A stretch of 64,000 bases of DNA. It comes from Utricularia gibba. Lineage: Eukaryota; Plantae; Magnoliophyta. A model generated the notes under the pieces. It worked only from the letters and a program-made list of their open reading frames with translations. It did no database searches and was not told the origin of the DNA. Location of the stretch: NCBI GenBank assembly GCA_002189035.1, contig NEEC01000009.1:310001-374000 (forward strand), in the 5' to 3' direction. This document shows, piece after piece, positions 24,401 to 38,363 of the stretch. The position numbers and the translations under genes were made by a program. How positions within the stretch are numbered: the first letter of the stretch is position 1; each line of letters begins with the position of its first letter.

Positions 24401-27283
24401 TTCTCTGGATCTACTGTTGGAGAGGCTCTGCTAAGAATGAGAGGCATGTTTACTGAGGAATACATGTATTGGGTTTGTGTTGGAGCACTCTTTGGATTTT
24501 CCATTCTCTTCAACATCGGCTTTATCTTGAAATTGACCTACATAAAGCGTAAGTTCTCTAGCTATCATCTCTTTGTACAAAATTTTATTACCTCTTACAC
24601 AAATATGTGCAGCTTTTGGAGATAAAAGGTCAACAAACATACTCAAGCATGAAAAAAAATCCACAATGAAATGTCATACAGCTACGAAGAAGGGAATGAT
24701 GCTTCCGTTTACTCCCTTGTCTTTAACATTTAACCATGTGAACTACTATGTTGATATGCCTTCAGTAAGTCATCACATCCATTTGAAGCTGATACAGTCT
24801 TAATGATAGTGTGTTAATATATATTGGCTTCTTCTAGGAAATGAAGAAGAATGGGATAAAAGAAAATCGGTTGCAACTGTTGAGCAATGTGAGTGGAGCA
24901 TTTAGGCCAGGAATTTTGACGATGTTAGCAGGTGTTAGTGGTGCAGGGAAGACTACATTGATGGATGTTTTAGCAGGAAGAAAAACTAGTGGTTACATTG
25001 AAGGCATTGTGAATATTTCTGGTTATCCGAAAAATCAATCCACTTTTGCTAAAATAAGTAGCTATTGTGAACAGACGGATATCCACTCCCCTAATGTTAC
25101 CGTTTATGAGGCAATCATCTTTTCTGCATGGCTACGGCTTTCGCCTAAAGTAAGCAGGAGAACACGATTGGTAGGTCTTACTCATATAGAAACTATGGCA
25201 TTTTAGCTACTCATCTTCTGAAATTTTCTTAATGTTTTAAGATGTTTGTGGAGGAAGTGATGGAGTTGATTGAGTTGCAACCATTGAGGAATTGTCTGGT
25301 TGGACTTCCAGGAATTGATGGTTTGTCAACAGAACAGAGAAAAAGGCTAACCATAGCTATAGAACTTGTAGCTAATCCCTCAATAATCTTCATGGATGAG
25401 CCCACATCAGGACTTGATGCTAGAGCTGCTGCAATCATCATGCGAACTATTCGTAACACAGTTGACACAGGGCGAACTGTTGTTTGCACAATTCACCAAC
25501 CAAATATTAATATATTTGAAGCATTTGATGAGGTTGTTAACAAAAACTTGATTCTCATTGTGGTTTTTGGATTTTAAATCTTTGTTGTGTTGCAGCTAAT
25601 GTTGATGAAGAGAGGACAACTTATATATGCAGGACCTCTAGGCCGTGATTCTTGCCATATGATAGATTACTTTCAAGTGAGTATTTCTACCTAATATCAC
25701 AAAAACTTGCATATTTCTGTTGTAATTATAAGAATGTGAGGAACAATCATAGGTTCAAGCATGCTCAATCTATTATTTAGTAGCTTATAATATGAAATTG
25801 TGATGCAGTCAATTCCAGGAATTCCTAAGATTGAAAATGAAGTCAATCCCTCTACATGGATGCTCAACATTTGCACACCAACCATGGAAGAACTGCTACA
25901 AATTGATTTTGCTGAGATTTATGCCAATTCTGATCTATATAGGTGATAAAAAGCCCTTAAAACACATGCAATAATTTCCTTTTCTTACATTTTGTGTTCT
26001 CTTAAATTCAAGTATGAGTTTCTTATTTTACAGGAAGAATCAAGAATTAATTAAGCAACTGAGCAGCCCCGCACCTGGATCACAAGATCTCCATTTTCTC
26101 ACTAAATATTCCCAACCATTTTTTTCTCAATTTGGAGCTTGCTTTTGGAAACAACACTTTTCTTATTGGAGAAATCCGCATTACAATGTTATGCGGCTCT
26201 TAATGACAACTATCAGTGGCATTATTTTTGGTATCATATTCTGGAAAAAGGGAAGCAAGATGTATGTTTTTTTGAGTATTTTACCAATTTTAGAAGTGGT
26301 TCATCTTTGGATTTGGCATAGATGTCATGGTGAATTTAGCAAAGTGATTTTCATGGCTTGTATGCCAATGCTAAAGATGAATCATTTATCTACATCTTTT
26401 TTAATCATATGAGAAATGATTGTGCAGAGATAAGTTACAAGATCTCATGGACCTGGTTGGAGCCATGTATGCTATCAATTTCCTTGGAGGGATGTATACT
26501 TATGCAGTTCTCTCAATAGTTGATATAGAAAGAACTGTTTTTTACCGTGAAAATGCAGCTGGAATGTACTCAGCCTTACCATATGCATTTGCTCAGGTAA
26601 AAGCACTTTCTCATTATTTTGTATACATTTAAGTCCATGACTATTGTCTCATCTTTTGATATATCCCTCTTCTCAACACAGGTTGCCATTGAGACCATTC
26701 ACATAAGTGTGCAAGCATTTATATACAGTGTTATCCTTTTCCTGATGATGGGATTCGAACTGCAACCTTACAAATTCCTTTGGTTCTACTTTTACCTATT
26801 AATGTGCTTCATGTACTTCACAGCATATGGAATGATGCTTATATCACTTACACCAAATTGCAACATTGCTGTCCTAATCATGACATTCATGCTAAGTTGG
26901 TGGAATCTCTTCTCTGGCTTTCTTATACCAAGATCGGTAAGATGAAGTTGGTAGCATTATCAATTTTCAATAACTTAAGCATATGATTCATTTCCTTCTC
27001 ACTTGTTTTGTAGCAAATCCCAATATGGTGGAGATGGTACTATTGGGCTTCTCCAACATCATGGACAATTTATGGCCTCATCACATCTCAAATAGGTGAC
27101 TTTAGCAATGCAATTGAGATTCCAGGATATGGGAGAGTTCCTTTGAAATATTTTCTACAATTTTACTTTGGATTTGAATCCAAATTCTTACCAATTGTAG
27201 CGATAGTTAACTTTGCATGGGTTCTTTTCTTTTGTCTAGTTTTTGCATTGGGTATTAAGTTCCTCAATTTTCAAAAGAGATGA
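21427..27283 (+). CDS. Full-size ABCG (PDR) transporter, most like the ABCG34/ABCG39 (PDR6/PDR11) type, 19 exons
   Basis: NBD1 GPPGAGKS...[13 protein letters not shown]...[12 protein letters not shown]; TMD1; NBD2 [19 protein letters not shown]...[33 protein letters not shown]; TMD2; ends KFLNFQKR* (TGA 27281-27283). GT-AG introns; no disabling stop found in the exons I read. Confidence 0.95.
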
Positions 27284-30200
27284 GTTTTTGCGACTTGTGA
27301 ACTGTAAATTTATATTGCTATTACTATATGTGTTTCTCTTACAATAAAAAATGTGATATAACTAATCAAATGAAGAAGAGTACATGAATTATGCATGCTT
27401 TGAGATGAGACCCTTGTTGCACTCTTCCAACTTCTTCATCCTCATCATCTCATTTTGATTCAACACTTGTAGTTACACTATAACCATGTTGAAACATGTA
27501 GAATAAATCATACCTAGTTTCATGACTAATTTAGTTAAATGTCGGTATCATAAATTTTTTTTTGTTAAAATATCTGTTGTTTTAATATTATTATCAAGCT
27601 ATTTTTGTTTACTAATTTTTTTTCGTAAAAATATCTGCGTTTTTTTATATATATTATTTGTTATAAAAATACCTGTTGTTTAGTAAAATCTATTTATTTT
27701 ACTTTATTTGATGTTTTTGCAAATTATTTTTTATTTTTCAATTTGCATCTAGTTAATTATAATGTACTAGATATTAAATATATTTTCATTAAATAATTTT
27801 TTAAATATAAATGTATTTATATTTCATAAATCCATAAATTCAATTGTACATTATAGATATTAATTTTAGAATTTTAGTAATCTTGGTTAATTAGATACTA
27901 AGAAAGAAAAAATAATTATGTACTAAATTAAAAATTAAAAAAAATTGAAATAAAATTACATCATGTCTTTCCAATAGTGTAAGAGTTGGATAGTTTTCTT
28001 AATATGATCTTTTAAGATCAAAAAACTTGTCAATTATCTCCTACTATTTATTATTACACAAATATATATATTGTTTCTTATTTTTTATTAGAATACTTAT
28101 GTTATTGTTATTTCAAATAACGTAATTATAGTTTTATTATTTTTCGTAAGATTGTTATAATTAAATATATATGTAGTTTTTTTAAAAAATTGAAAGACTT
28201 TAATTGAAAATAAATTTTAAACATTTTCAATTTAATTTTATTAATAAACCTGTAATTTATTAATGCAAATGTATTTGAAAAAATATTTCGAAATTTTATA
28301 ACATCTCCAAAGTTACCCAATTAATTTTATAACATTTACAAATTTGTGATATATTAGATTAACATTGAATTAGTTAAATAGCCTACTTCAAAAAATTCAT
28401 TGTCTATATAGCCTATTTGATAAATATTGATCAAATAGTATTCTTTTGTATTTTTTGTGCTAAAAAGCTATATTTTTTATATATTATATTTAATATAATA
28501 AAAGTAACTCATCTTTATTTATAAAACATTGAAATATAAACATATATATCGATATAATTGTTATTTAGATTTTATGTTCTTATTTAATAAACAATTAGAG
28601 TTATAGAGGTACCTAAATAATACCTATATAAATAAGAACATAAAATTGAAATATCAATTATATTTATATATGCTTATATTTCAATTTTTTGTAACTAAAA
28701 ATTAGCTTTTTTATTATATTAAATATGATATACAAAAAGTAATATTTCTTAATCAAAAAATATACATAAGAAGATTATTTGATCAATGTTCATTTATAAT
28801 TTTTATTTAAATTAAAATCAGTAATTCGTTTTTGTATATTTAATTCATAAGAATTTATATTATACATTTTATATATCTTTTGTTTGTTTATTAATGAGCA
28901 TGCATGTAAAAAAAATACTAATGTTAAATTCTAACATTCAAAAATAATTTCAAAAAACTATGAAATAAATATTCTGAATAATATGAGAATAAATAAAAAA
29001 TTATCTTTTAATATTATGATTTATGCATTAACTAAAAGATTGATGCAACATGAAAACATAAATCTGAAAATACAATTATTTATTTAAAGTGAACACACTT
29101 CACTTTGAAATCAAGATTATACACATAATTTTATCTTTTACTTTGTGGAAGCAAGTTCCAAACAAGTCTATTAACCAATGATTTTGATTTGCTTTCTTGT
29201 TATATTGGTTGGGATATATCCATTGATGAGCAGGATTCTTGTAATAATTGAGGATGTGAAATTGAATACCTTGGAGCTATATATGCTGAATTTTCATTTG
29301 GATTCCAAGAGTTTTCTTCATACGACGAGTGTCTTAACCATAAACTTGAAGCAATGGTCAATTGTGGAGACAAACAATTTGAATCTCTTCTTAATGGTGG
29401 CTCTAGTGTAGAAGAGACATCAAGTCATTTATCTAGTGTGGATATAGTGAAGCTAGCATCAATAGAATTTGGATCTTCCCTTGTTTGTTGTTGATGATGA
29501 TGTCTTACTCTTCTTTGAAAATCAATTGTGCCATTTAGTCATGTTTTTTGGATTGGTCTTGTTTTCTTTGCTCTACATTGTGATGGATCAACCAATAGCT
29601 GAAAAGGTCCTAGTCCCCATTTCTGCTCATCTCGAACATGATGAACCTAACTACAATATGTATTAACAAGATAATGAGATCGATAGTAGTCACTTATTTA
29701 TCTTTTGGATTCACTCGAAATTGATGACAAGCCTACAAAAAAATGATAATTAGTTGTGAAATCGTAATATTGTAATATATATATATATATTTCATTTTAG
29801 TTTACCTTTTGAGCAATACTTTATCCCATCTCTTGTCTTGAATGTGATTTACACCTCTTGCTCAAAGGAATTGTACACAATACAATTGAGTTGAGGTAGT
29901 AATCTGGGATGGTGAAAAACGCTTATAGAGCTTATAAGGTGCTAAGAGTCCTGATTCTCGATCACTTATTAAACATACTCCTTACCTACCATGTATTACA
30001 TATATATCTAATGGTACATTTGGTTGTTAGTTTCAAAGTGGTTATAGGTGAATTAACAAAAGATACCCTTGTTTGGTATGTTGTTATATATTTAACTAGT
30101 TTTTAAACCCAAACCCACATAAAACCTTTCATAAACCTAATTTGTGGGTATTTCTTAAACCCACTAATTAGATGGGTTTTAAAAATACCCATTCAAGTTT

Positions 30201-30649
30201 TGACAATTTTGCTCTTTTAGTATTCAAAAATTGAAAAGTTGAAATGAATGACTGTAGTAGGCATCTTGTGGAAGACTCACGACAACCCTCATTATGCATG
30301 GCCTATTGAAAGATTTGATGGAGTGAACATATAGTTAATTGATTTGTGGAATCCCTAAACACGTCGAAAATTGAGGTAAGCATACGTGCGGTAGTCTCAT
30401 TTTTTCGATTCAGCATTCTTGACCTAATAATTTCATATTGGATGAAAAACCGATTGCATTTAGTTGTTATCAGCATCAATGACATTGTTTTGATGAGAAA
30501 GTCATTATTTTAATTTCAAATTATATTTTTAATTACAATGCAGATATGTCACGTGAACAAGAGTTGGTTTTCTTATAAATCTCAAGTTTGGTTATAGTGG
30601 AATAGATCTTCATTATGTATTTAATATCAATACGAGATGATGTTCCATC

Positions 30650-33172
30650 TATATGTCGTGGATACTCTATGTTGCATCGAATACCGAAGCAAATATCAAA
30701 CATGAGTGATGTAATCATTGATTACAACAACACTACATTAGAAGAATTGAGAATGAGAAAGCATGTTTTTGGGAGATTATGTTAAATGTTGAAGAATTTT
30801 GCTCAATTATGAAGCTCTAAATATGTATCTATAAGTGAAATGGTTGCTTCTTTTCTCGTTATCTTGGCACATGTTGCGTGTTGTTTCTTCAACAAATTTT
30901 AAATATTTATAAAACGTAAAACACAAAAAGCGTAGTACAAGTATCGATCTCAAAGAGTTGTTTTTCGTGAAAAGTGTTTGTAAGAAACTTTCAAAAAATG
31001 TCACGGTTTTGCAAAAGGGGGTTTTTGAGATGCAGAAATAAAAGTTGCAACCTAAGTGATGTGCCTTAACTACGGGGCGCAGTTCTCGGGAATGAAATTC
31101 CATCTCCTTCCTTTGTCCGTCCTTACCTCGGTTTTTACTGATTTCTTCCGAATAGCTGGTTATAGGAGCAGGGAATTGCCTACTCTCCCTTACACTCTGA
31201 TTGACAAGAAGGCACAGAAATAGCCTCATGTGGTTCCCCCTTGGACGATTAGGAAGACAAGAGGATTGCCTTCGATTACCTTCAAAACCGAATGGTGCGT
31301 GTGTGCCCAGATGTTGCCAATGGTCAGTGGTAGGTCCGAGGTCACAACCTGTCCACTGTCGTGGTACTTAGGCCACAAGCAATCCGCTACTTCCCTCGAA
31401 CCGGTATGGTTGGAGTTGGTGCTCTTCACCTTGATCTTCACCAAAATCCGCGAGGAGTGGCCTGCTACTCATGGAGCTTGACTAGGAGTCGTTACAGAAA
31501 GACTGCAACAAGACGCGTGGAAGTATGCATAATCTGAAATGAATTCAACGAAGAATCGTGTATTGTTCAAGAATTGGAAGGAAACTTCATTTTCTCCCAG
31601 AAACTAAAGGTTTTTAGCCACAAAGAACCATCAAAACAGAAACGAAAATGGAAGTTAAGTGTTCTTCCTCATTGAGGGGAGGAAGAACTCAAAAGTTCTA
31701 AGTCTAGAAACAAAGGTTCAAAAGTCTAGCGTTCAAAAGTCCAAAACTAAGTGCTCTAATTGGCTTTTATATCACTCCCCACGTTCATTATCTTCTTTGG
31801 GTCCCCTTCGCATCATTCCTTCTGTCTTGTGTGCAAGTTAGCGCCCAATTATTGCTGTTGATTCTGATATGCCGTAAGTCATGAGCCTTGACCAGTGTCA
31901 GTCTTCCGCCAACAATTGTTCCAAGTCGTGTACAAGACACGAAAAGTTAGAGTCTGACCTCTTGTAATACTTCTACAACACTCTACGACAGTCTCCTGAC
32001 ATGTCTCGGTCAAAGAGCACGAAAAAAGACAGAAAAAATATATAAATAGGAAAATAGGATTTTTCTAAGGAAATACAATTACTTATCAATATAATTCCTA
32101 ATTGGACGACTTAGCACTAAATTAATATATAATAATACCTAATAATTAACTAGAATATGATACTTAACAGCACATCATTACAAGCAACGTATACAAAAGT
32201 GCAATTATAAGAGATCGACTCAGATAATTAGCAAGAATTTTCATAAGGTACTTTCAATAGTTCTAAATTTTCATGATAAATTTCTGGTGAAGCCACAGTC
32301 ATATAATGAAAATGTGCCACATGCCCTTAAGTATTTTTCAATATGTGCATTGATTGCATTGTTATGTTGTTATATTTTTATAATATTAATATTGAAACAT
32401 GAAATATACAGAACTCTTTGGGAGCTTTAGATGATATGTGTATCAATGTCAGAGTTGACATGAAGGATAAGGTGAGGTACATGACTAGAAAGAGTACTAT
32501 CTCAACAAATGTTTTAGGAGTTGTGATGCCAAGTTAAATTTCATATACGCTCTTAGCGGTTTGGAAGGATCTGCTGTAGATAGTCGAGTGCTTCGTGATG
32601 CTCTAACAAGAGAAAATGGATTACGGGTGTGCAAAGGTGAGGTTTAACATTATCATATAGTAGTAATGCTCAATTCTTAACCGTATTGTACAACACTTTG
32701 CTTTTTAGGGAATTACTTCTTATGTGACAACAGTTATACCAACAGTGAAGGTTTTTTAACACCTTATCACAATATTCGTTATCATTTGAAGGAGTTTCGT
32801 GCAGGAAATCAAGCCCCTCAGAATGCAAAAGAATTATTTAATATGAGACATGCAAAGGTGCGGAATGTTATTGAGCGAGCTTGGGCTGTATTGAAAATGC
32901 GTTGGGGTATTTTACGAGATCCTTCATTCTACCCCATTAAGACTCAAAATCACATCATTCTGACATGCATTTTTCTGCATAACTTCATACGAATGGAAAT
33001 GACATATGACCCAATAGAAGCAAAAATCCCATGGGATTACAACAGCAGTGAAGGTAATGAAGAAAATAATCATGAGAATCTATTTATTTACGAGATTGAG
33101 TCATCACAAGCATGGACAAATTGGAGGGATGATATTGCAAACAATATGTGGAATTCATATATGAGAATTTAA
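30650..33172 (+). pseudogene. Harbinger DDE transposase of element 1, interrupted by solo LTR B
   Basis: LRMRKHVFGRLC*...VSISEMVASFLVILAH[LTR]HYKQR...LGALD...STNVLG (frameshift) ...GSAVDSRVLRDAL...YHLKEF...ELFNMRHAKVRNVIERAWAVLKMRWGIL. Confidence 0.9.
30872..32169 (-). mobile_element. Athila-like solo LTR, copy B (1298 bp)
   Basis: TGTTG...TTAACA termini with a perfect 5-bp TSD GCACA (30867-30871 and 32170-32174). Homologous to 13754-15063. Confidence 0.92.
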
Positions 33173-33384
33173 ATATGAAAATGATGTTTTTTATATTATT
33201 TCATAGACAATGATTACATATTTCATTATGATATTGATTATTAAAAAATGACATGAATACTTATAACCAAAAGATCTTTCCATGAACAAACATCAAAATA
33301 GTTCAAGTCAGCATGTTTAAATAAAAGAAGTGCTCAAGAGGGATCACAACTCACATGCAATGCTTTAACATCCACCAAATAATT

Positions 33385-33958
33385 CATAGCAAATGTTTTG
33401 AATCATTTCTACACGAGCTTCCTCATCCAAAGTGAGGAATACCTGCGTCTTGCCCGGAGATGTGAAAATGTTCTCACAAATTTTGGTTAATTGAGAAACT
33501 GACATCTGAATAGGCATACTTCGAATGCATCGAGTAACTTCACGTCGCTACTCTTGCACTACTATTTCAGCACCTCCCAATTTAGATTCAGCTGCTTCAA
33601 TGGCAACAACTATTCTCTCAGCAAAAGCTTTTAACTTCACCATAAAATCTGAGTTTTCTATCAACCTTTTTCCTTTTCTTGTTGCTTTTGCTATGAGAAT
33701 TGACATTTGGTGATGCGATTTCATCAAAAAATGTAGTAGAGTCTGTTGTGGCTGTGGTGAAAGCATCATTTCTCCCATGATCATGTGATGGTAATGATAC
33801 AAATATTTCTGAGGGTATAGAAGCTTGTTGTGTAGCATCATGAAATCCAGCAGCTGCTTTCCCAGTTGTACAATCCTTGTCAAAAATTTCAAACCAAACA
33901 TCAAATTCAGGCCAAGTCTTGTTCCTCACCCCATTTGCCTTTAAATATGACTGCCACA
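33385..33958 (-). pseudogene. 3' part of the Harbinger Myb/SANT-associated ORF of element 1
   Basis: SYLKANGVRNKTWPEFDVWFEIFDKDCTTGKAA, matching the NKxFPxYDxWxEIFGKDRATG consensus seen in elements 2 and 3. Frameshifted. Confidence 0.7.
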
Positions 33959-33989
33959 AATGAATATACAAATGATGTAATGATATGTA

Positions 33990-34715
33990 TAAATAATAAG
34001 AGGCACACATGCATGACGTACAAGTGGCGCACATGCAAGAGGACACATGGTGTACTTGCAACAGGACATGTGGCACACATGCGAGATGACACATGTCACG
34101 CACTTAGTGGTTGTCACTTGGATACATTTGATTGGCTAGGTTGGTATAAAGTAAAACAAGTTAAAACTAAAGAGTAAAGTACTTAAAGCTTGAATCCTCA
34201 CAATCACCTCTCCTTATTTTGAGTTTCGTCCCAAACTTGATTAAAGTCATCTATGCCAACTTTGGGAACTCCGTAAGTATTTGAGATTCAACTTCCTAGG
34301 TAGCCTCTTCTGTACTGTGATTAGACCATTGAACTTTCACCATAGGAATCACCTTAGTCCTCAATTTCCTTTCTTGTCTATCAAGTATCTTGATTGGTGT
34401 TTCTATGTAGGATAGTTGATCATCAACAACAATATAGTCAAGAATCACCTTATGTTGGTCGGTATCCAAACATTTGCGTAGCTGAGAAACATGGAAAACA
34501 TTGTGTATTTTGGCATACTCTTCAGGTAATCTTAGCATATATGCCATTGATCCAATTCTTTTCTCGATCTGGTATGGAGCAATATATCTTGGAGCAAATT
34601 TATTTGGTCTTTTGATCCGAGATACTACTTTCATTAGAGTAACCTTGAGATATACAAAGTCTCCAACCATATACTTGTGTAGTACCCTATAAAACAAATA
34701 TTCAAAAATACACAA
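33990..34715 (-). mobile_element. Chromovirus (Tekay/Del-like) fragment: integrase C-terminus/chromodomain, PPT and start of 3' LTR
   Basis: GDFVYLKV...KFAPRYIAPYQIEKRIGSMAYMLRLP...IHNVFHVSQLRKC...VKVQWSNHSTEEAT, then GGGACGAAAC...AAGGAGAGG PPT and TGTGAG LTR start at 34202. Confidence 0.8.
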
Positions 34716-35857
34716 TAATTATTTAAACTATTCAAAATGAATTGCATGCATGCATCCCTCATAATGATGACCTTGACTTGTTCTCCTAGTTGTAGCAATA
34801 CATCAATACATGTTACAATGATGAATCATCCATCAAATCACCATGTTACAATGATGAATCATCATGATTCTCAAATCCACACATCAAATCAGCATTTTAC
34901 ACCAATGATTCATCTTGAATCCACACATCAAATCACTGATGGAAATCATACATATGTCACAATGATGAAAATCAAGTACATACCTGATTCATCAAGTCAT
35001 GCATCAAATCACGCATCGAATCATCAAGATTGAAAAGTTGTTTGGAGGAATTTATACTGATCGTGAATTCCCAATTAGGAGCAAACCCTAGACATCTCAA
35101 TTTAATGTAGTCAAAGTAAAAATAATGGATAATAATTCATTTAATTCATAAAGTTATTTTGGAAATTTAAATATAAACTATCTAATACCCAAATATCAAT
35201 ATCATTTAACCAAACAAATTGAATTGGTTAATATTAATACAGTAAACAAACAACATTTTAGTTTAACCCATCTACACCCAAATAAATTATACCCAAATTA
35301 TCTAAACTCAATTAATACATTTCCATCCAATCAAATGCACCCTAAGGGCGCGTTTGGTTGCTGGATTTGGTCTAAACCCAAATTTAGTTTATTTGGATTT
35401 AGGTAACCCGGTTTTATGGGTTTAGGGGGTGTAAATCGTGTTTGGTTGATGGGTTTTGCATTATTTGGGTTTAAATGAACCCATGTTTGGTAGGTGGGTA
35501 TAAAATTGGGTTTATGAATAATTTTCATGGGAATTTACCAATATAGCTTTCCTCAACAATAAACTATTCCTCTTTATTATCGTTTGTTTTCCTCTTCGTC
35601 CACCGACTTTCACACCCGGTTGTCGCGGTGCTGCCGGTCGACGAGATCTCCCAATTTCACAAGTAAGTGAGAGTGAAGAGTCCTGGGTTAAGTCCAGATT
35701 GTATACTCCCTTCGTTGCGTAGAGTTTCTCATTTGAAATCAATTGAATTTTGAGTAAATTTTACGGTTTACTTGTTGTAAGTGTTCGGTGTAGGTGTTTT
35801 GTTCTTGCTGTTTGCTTTCCTCCAGCACAGATTGCAGGTATGCACAGCCCAATCGTG

Positions 35858-36470
35858 ATGGAAGACTCTCACAAAAAAACGAAACGCGCCTAGAAGCCAG
35901 ATGAGGAGAAAGACTTGTTGCACGCTTTGAAGCAGATAGTGAAAGAAGCCTAGAAAATTAAGAATGGTTTTAGGAGTGGGTATCACCGAGCGTTGGAGAC
36001 AGAGTTCTTGAAACTGCACCCTACAACCGACATCCGTGCACACCCGCATATATCTAGCAAGGTGCATACCTGGAAAAAAGACTATTACCTCCTTGTAGAT
36101 TTTTTATCAAGGTCGGGCACTGGTTTCAATGAGCTGACTTACACCGTAGATGCAGACGAGGATGTTTGGAAGGAGTTTGATAAGATACGTATGCCCTATT
36201 CTCACTGTGTTATATTCGGTGCTTACCGTGTTCTTATGTTAGCATGCACCCAGGCTGCGCGTCCTAAGACACAAATCGTGGCCGTATTATATGGAGTGGT
36301 AGGAAATATTTGGAAAGGATCGGGCTACAGGAGATAGAACGATGAGCTATGTAGCCGCGTATGAACAAGAGTGGTGCTTCGTTGTTGAGCACTCTTCCAC
36401 AAACGTGGTGCTGCAACTACCGCCACGTTCAGTGCGATACTATCAAGTAGTGATGGACTAGCACCGCGTT
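35858..36470 (+). pseudogene. Harbinger Myb/SANT-like ORF of element 2
   Basis: KRA*KPDEEKDLLHALKQIV...KNGFRSGYHRALE...HPHISSKVHTWKKDY...SRSGTGFN...EDVWKEF...EIFGKDRATG, with stops and a frameshift. Confidence 0.85.
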
Positions 36471-36641
36471 GGTGTTGCATATTACGAAGCACCACGTCTA
36501 GACGCAAGGTTTCAAATCCAGTGATGGCACTGGATGTTACAACATGCGGTGCCACAGCGATCAGTGGCCGATCAAAAACTAAAAAGGTCAGCATACGATA
36601 GTTCACGCAAGATCCATGCAATTTCAAAGGTGCATCATCGA

Positions 36642-37446
36642 TTACACAAGAGTCTTGTAATGCCTCCACAATGGATGTTGCTCGTCCATTGGACGTTGAC
36701 TTACCCGATGGCGATCGACGTGCGTGGGCACATTCATGTTGTCAATGAGAGCTTCCAGGAACGACCTAATATCTCCCCCTCGAACCAGAGAACAATCACT
36801 GACCGCGGTATACTTGAAGGTGGTTGGGAATATGGCATTTTCGGGCTGTCCAATGAAAGTAAACAATCATCGGATGCAAGATGGTGGAGAATGAATGCGA
36901 TCAAAAACTCACCGGATTGTGTAGTGACTTGTACGACGCATCATCGATGCAAAGCATATTAAAACGGTGATATTTGCCCTTATACTCGGTGATACATGAT
37001 TCAAAAGCTTAAGCTTAACCATGTTGTTCTTGTTGTCGTGCACCGGATAGCCTGTGTGCACACACCTGGATCCATTCCATTGAAAGACGAGCTTGCTGGC
37101 TGTTGCAGGCCCTAGTAACCACTGAACCACATCGTGCAATTGTTCACTGCCACATGTTGTCAGAAAAAAAAAAAATGAATGCGGACCCCCTTGCTTGTAA
37201 GATGGTCAATCTTACGGTCCTCTTGAAGACCATATGGCGATGTCAAAGTGTTCCATGCAAAACTGTATCAACTCACATGCACCAGGTCAAAGATACACTA
37301 CAACCACAAGAAATAGTACTGACACATGCCCCAAATATTTAATGCGAGTCAAATACACCGCATTACCATTTCGCCCGTAGATGACGGCATCCAACTTCGG
37401 TGCTCCCCACCTAACTTCATGAGGATACACAATGTCCGCAAGTAAT
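36642..37446 (-). pseudogene. Intron-containing NIF/FCP1-homology HAD phosphatase-like gene, 5'-truncated (copy 2), inside Harbinger 2
   Basis: Minus strand: LLADIV...; the segment homologous to the copy 1 RPG...CMEHFD.AIWSS exon; KLVFQWNGSRCVHTG; NMLCIDDASYKSLHNP; NAIFPTTF...GGDIRSFLEAL...SQRPMDEQHPLW, then stop at 36642. Confidence 0.8.
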
Positions 37447-37447
37447 T

Positions 37448-38358
37448 TGGCTGGGTTTTACATCAAGGTCTAGCTCTTGTGTCACTCAAGAGAGCCCATA
37501 GGTTTAAACCCAGGTTAAAAACGCTTAAAAACAGAGTAAGAGTGTGCGAAAATAGAATATGCGTGCGCAGGAACAGTAAATGGCATATTAAGCTCAAAAG
37601 AAAATGTGAAAAGCTTCAACAGAAACATGTTTATAAACTAAGGCAAGGTCTACAACGAGTTTCCCGTTCACATCAAGTTACCGAAAAGCAGCAGAAACCA
37701 TAGAAACGAAAATAGTAACAATAACAGGTTTTCGTAGAAATGAAAGTGGAAGAAATGTGCAAATAAAAGTTACAGGATGCTTCTGTGGGCTGGAGATCTG
37801 CTAGAAATCAAAGTTCTGGCCGAAAAGGTGGTGTAGACACGCAGATCTGGGGATCATCGGAGACTTTCGCCGGAGAAACGACGCTCTCCTTGCTCCCACT
37901 TGCTCCTGTTTGCTCTCTCTGTGCACTCTACGTGTACAGTGTACTCTTTTTCTTCTCTCCCTTCCTTTTCCCTTTTGCAGCTCAAAAGTAAGGGTAGCTT
38001 CATCTTTTACTCAAGCTTCTAAAAGGGAGATCTCTGCTCCATATCTTATCTCTTCATAAGGGCAGCTACTTTCGGCGGAAAGTGGATTTTGCACAGCTTT
38101 TCTGTCCCTTCTGACTTGTCAACATGGAAAGTGCGCTGCTACAGTACTAGCTCTTACCTTGGTAAGACTTAAAACAAAGACTAGACGAAATATTAGAGTT
38201 TTCGGCTCAATTGTTGCCAATTGAGTCTGTTTTCACAATAAACACATTTTAACAGTCTAAATACGCAAAAGAAGACAATTTAGCACATTAAACAACATTT
38301 AACCCTACAAAACACACTTAAAAACATATACAAAACCACAATAAAAACGGTGTTATCA
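37448..38358 (-). mobile_element. LTR-like segment (Athila-type start TGATAACACCG) at the break in the Harbinger 2 transposase
   Basis: Begins immediately after the transposase codons YHLKEW on the minus strand and may end ...CCAGCCA. No matching TSD on the left side. Confidence 0.6.
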
Positions 38359-38363
38359 CCACT

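Larger units (their letters stand above)
30012..35342. mobile_element. PIF/Harbinger element 1 (transposase +, Myb/SANT ORF -), with nested LTR pieces
   Basis: Imperfect TIRs TGGTACATTTGGTTG / CAATCAAATGCACCC (12/15 match), with TAA at 30009-30011 and 35343-35345. Convergent two-ORF layout. Confidence 0.75.
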
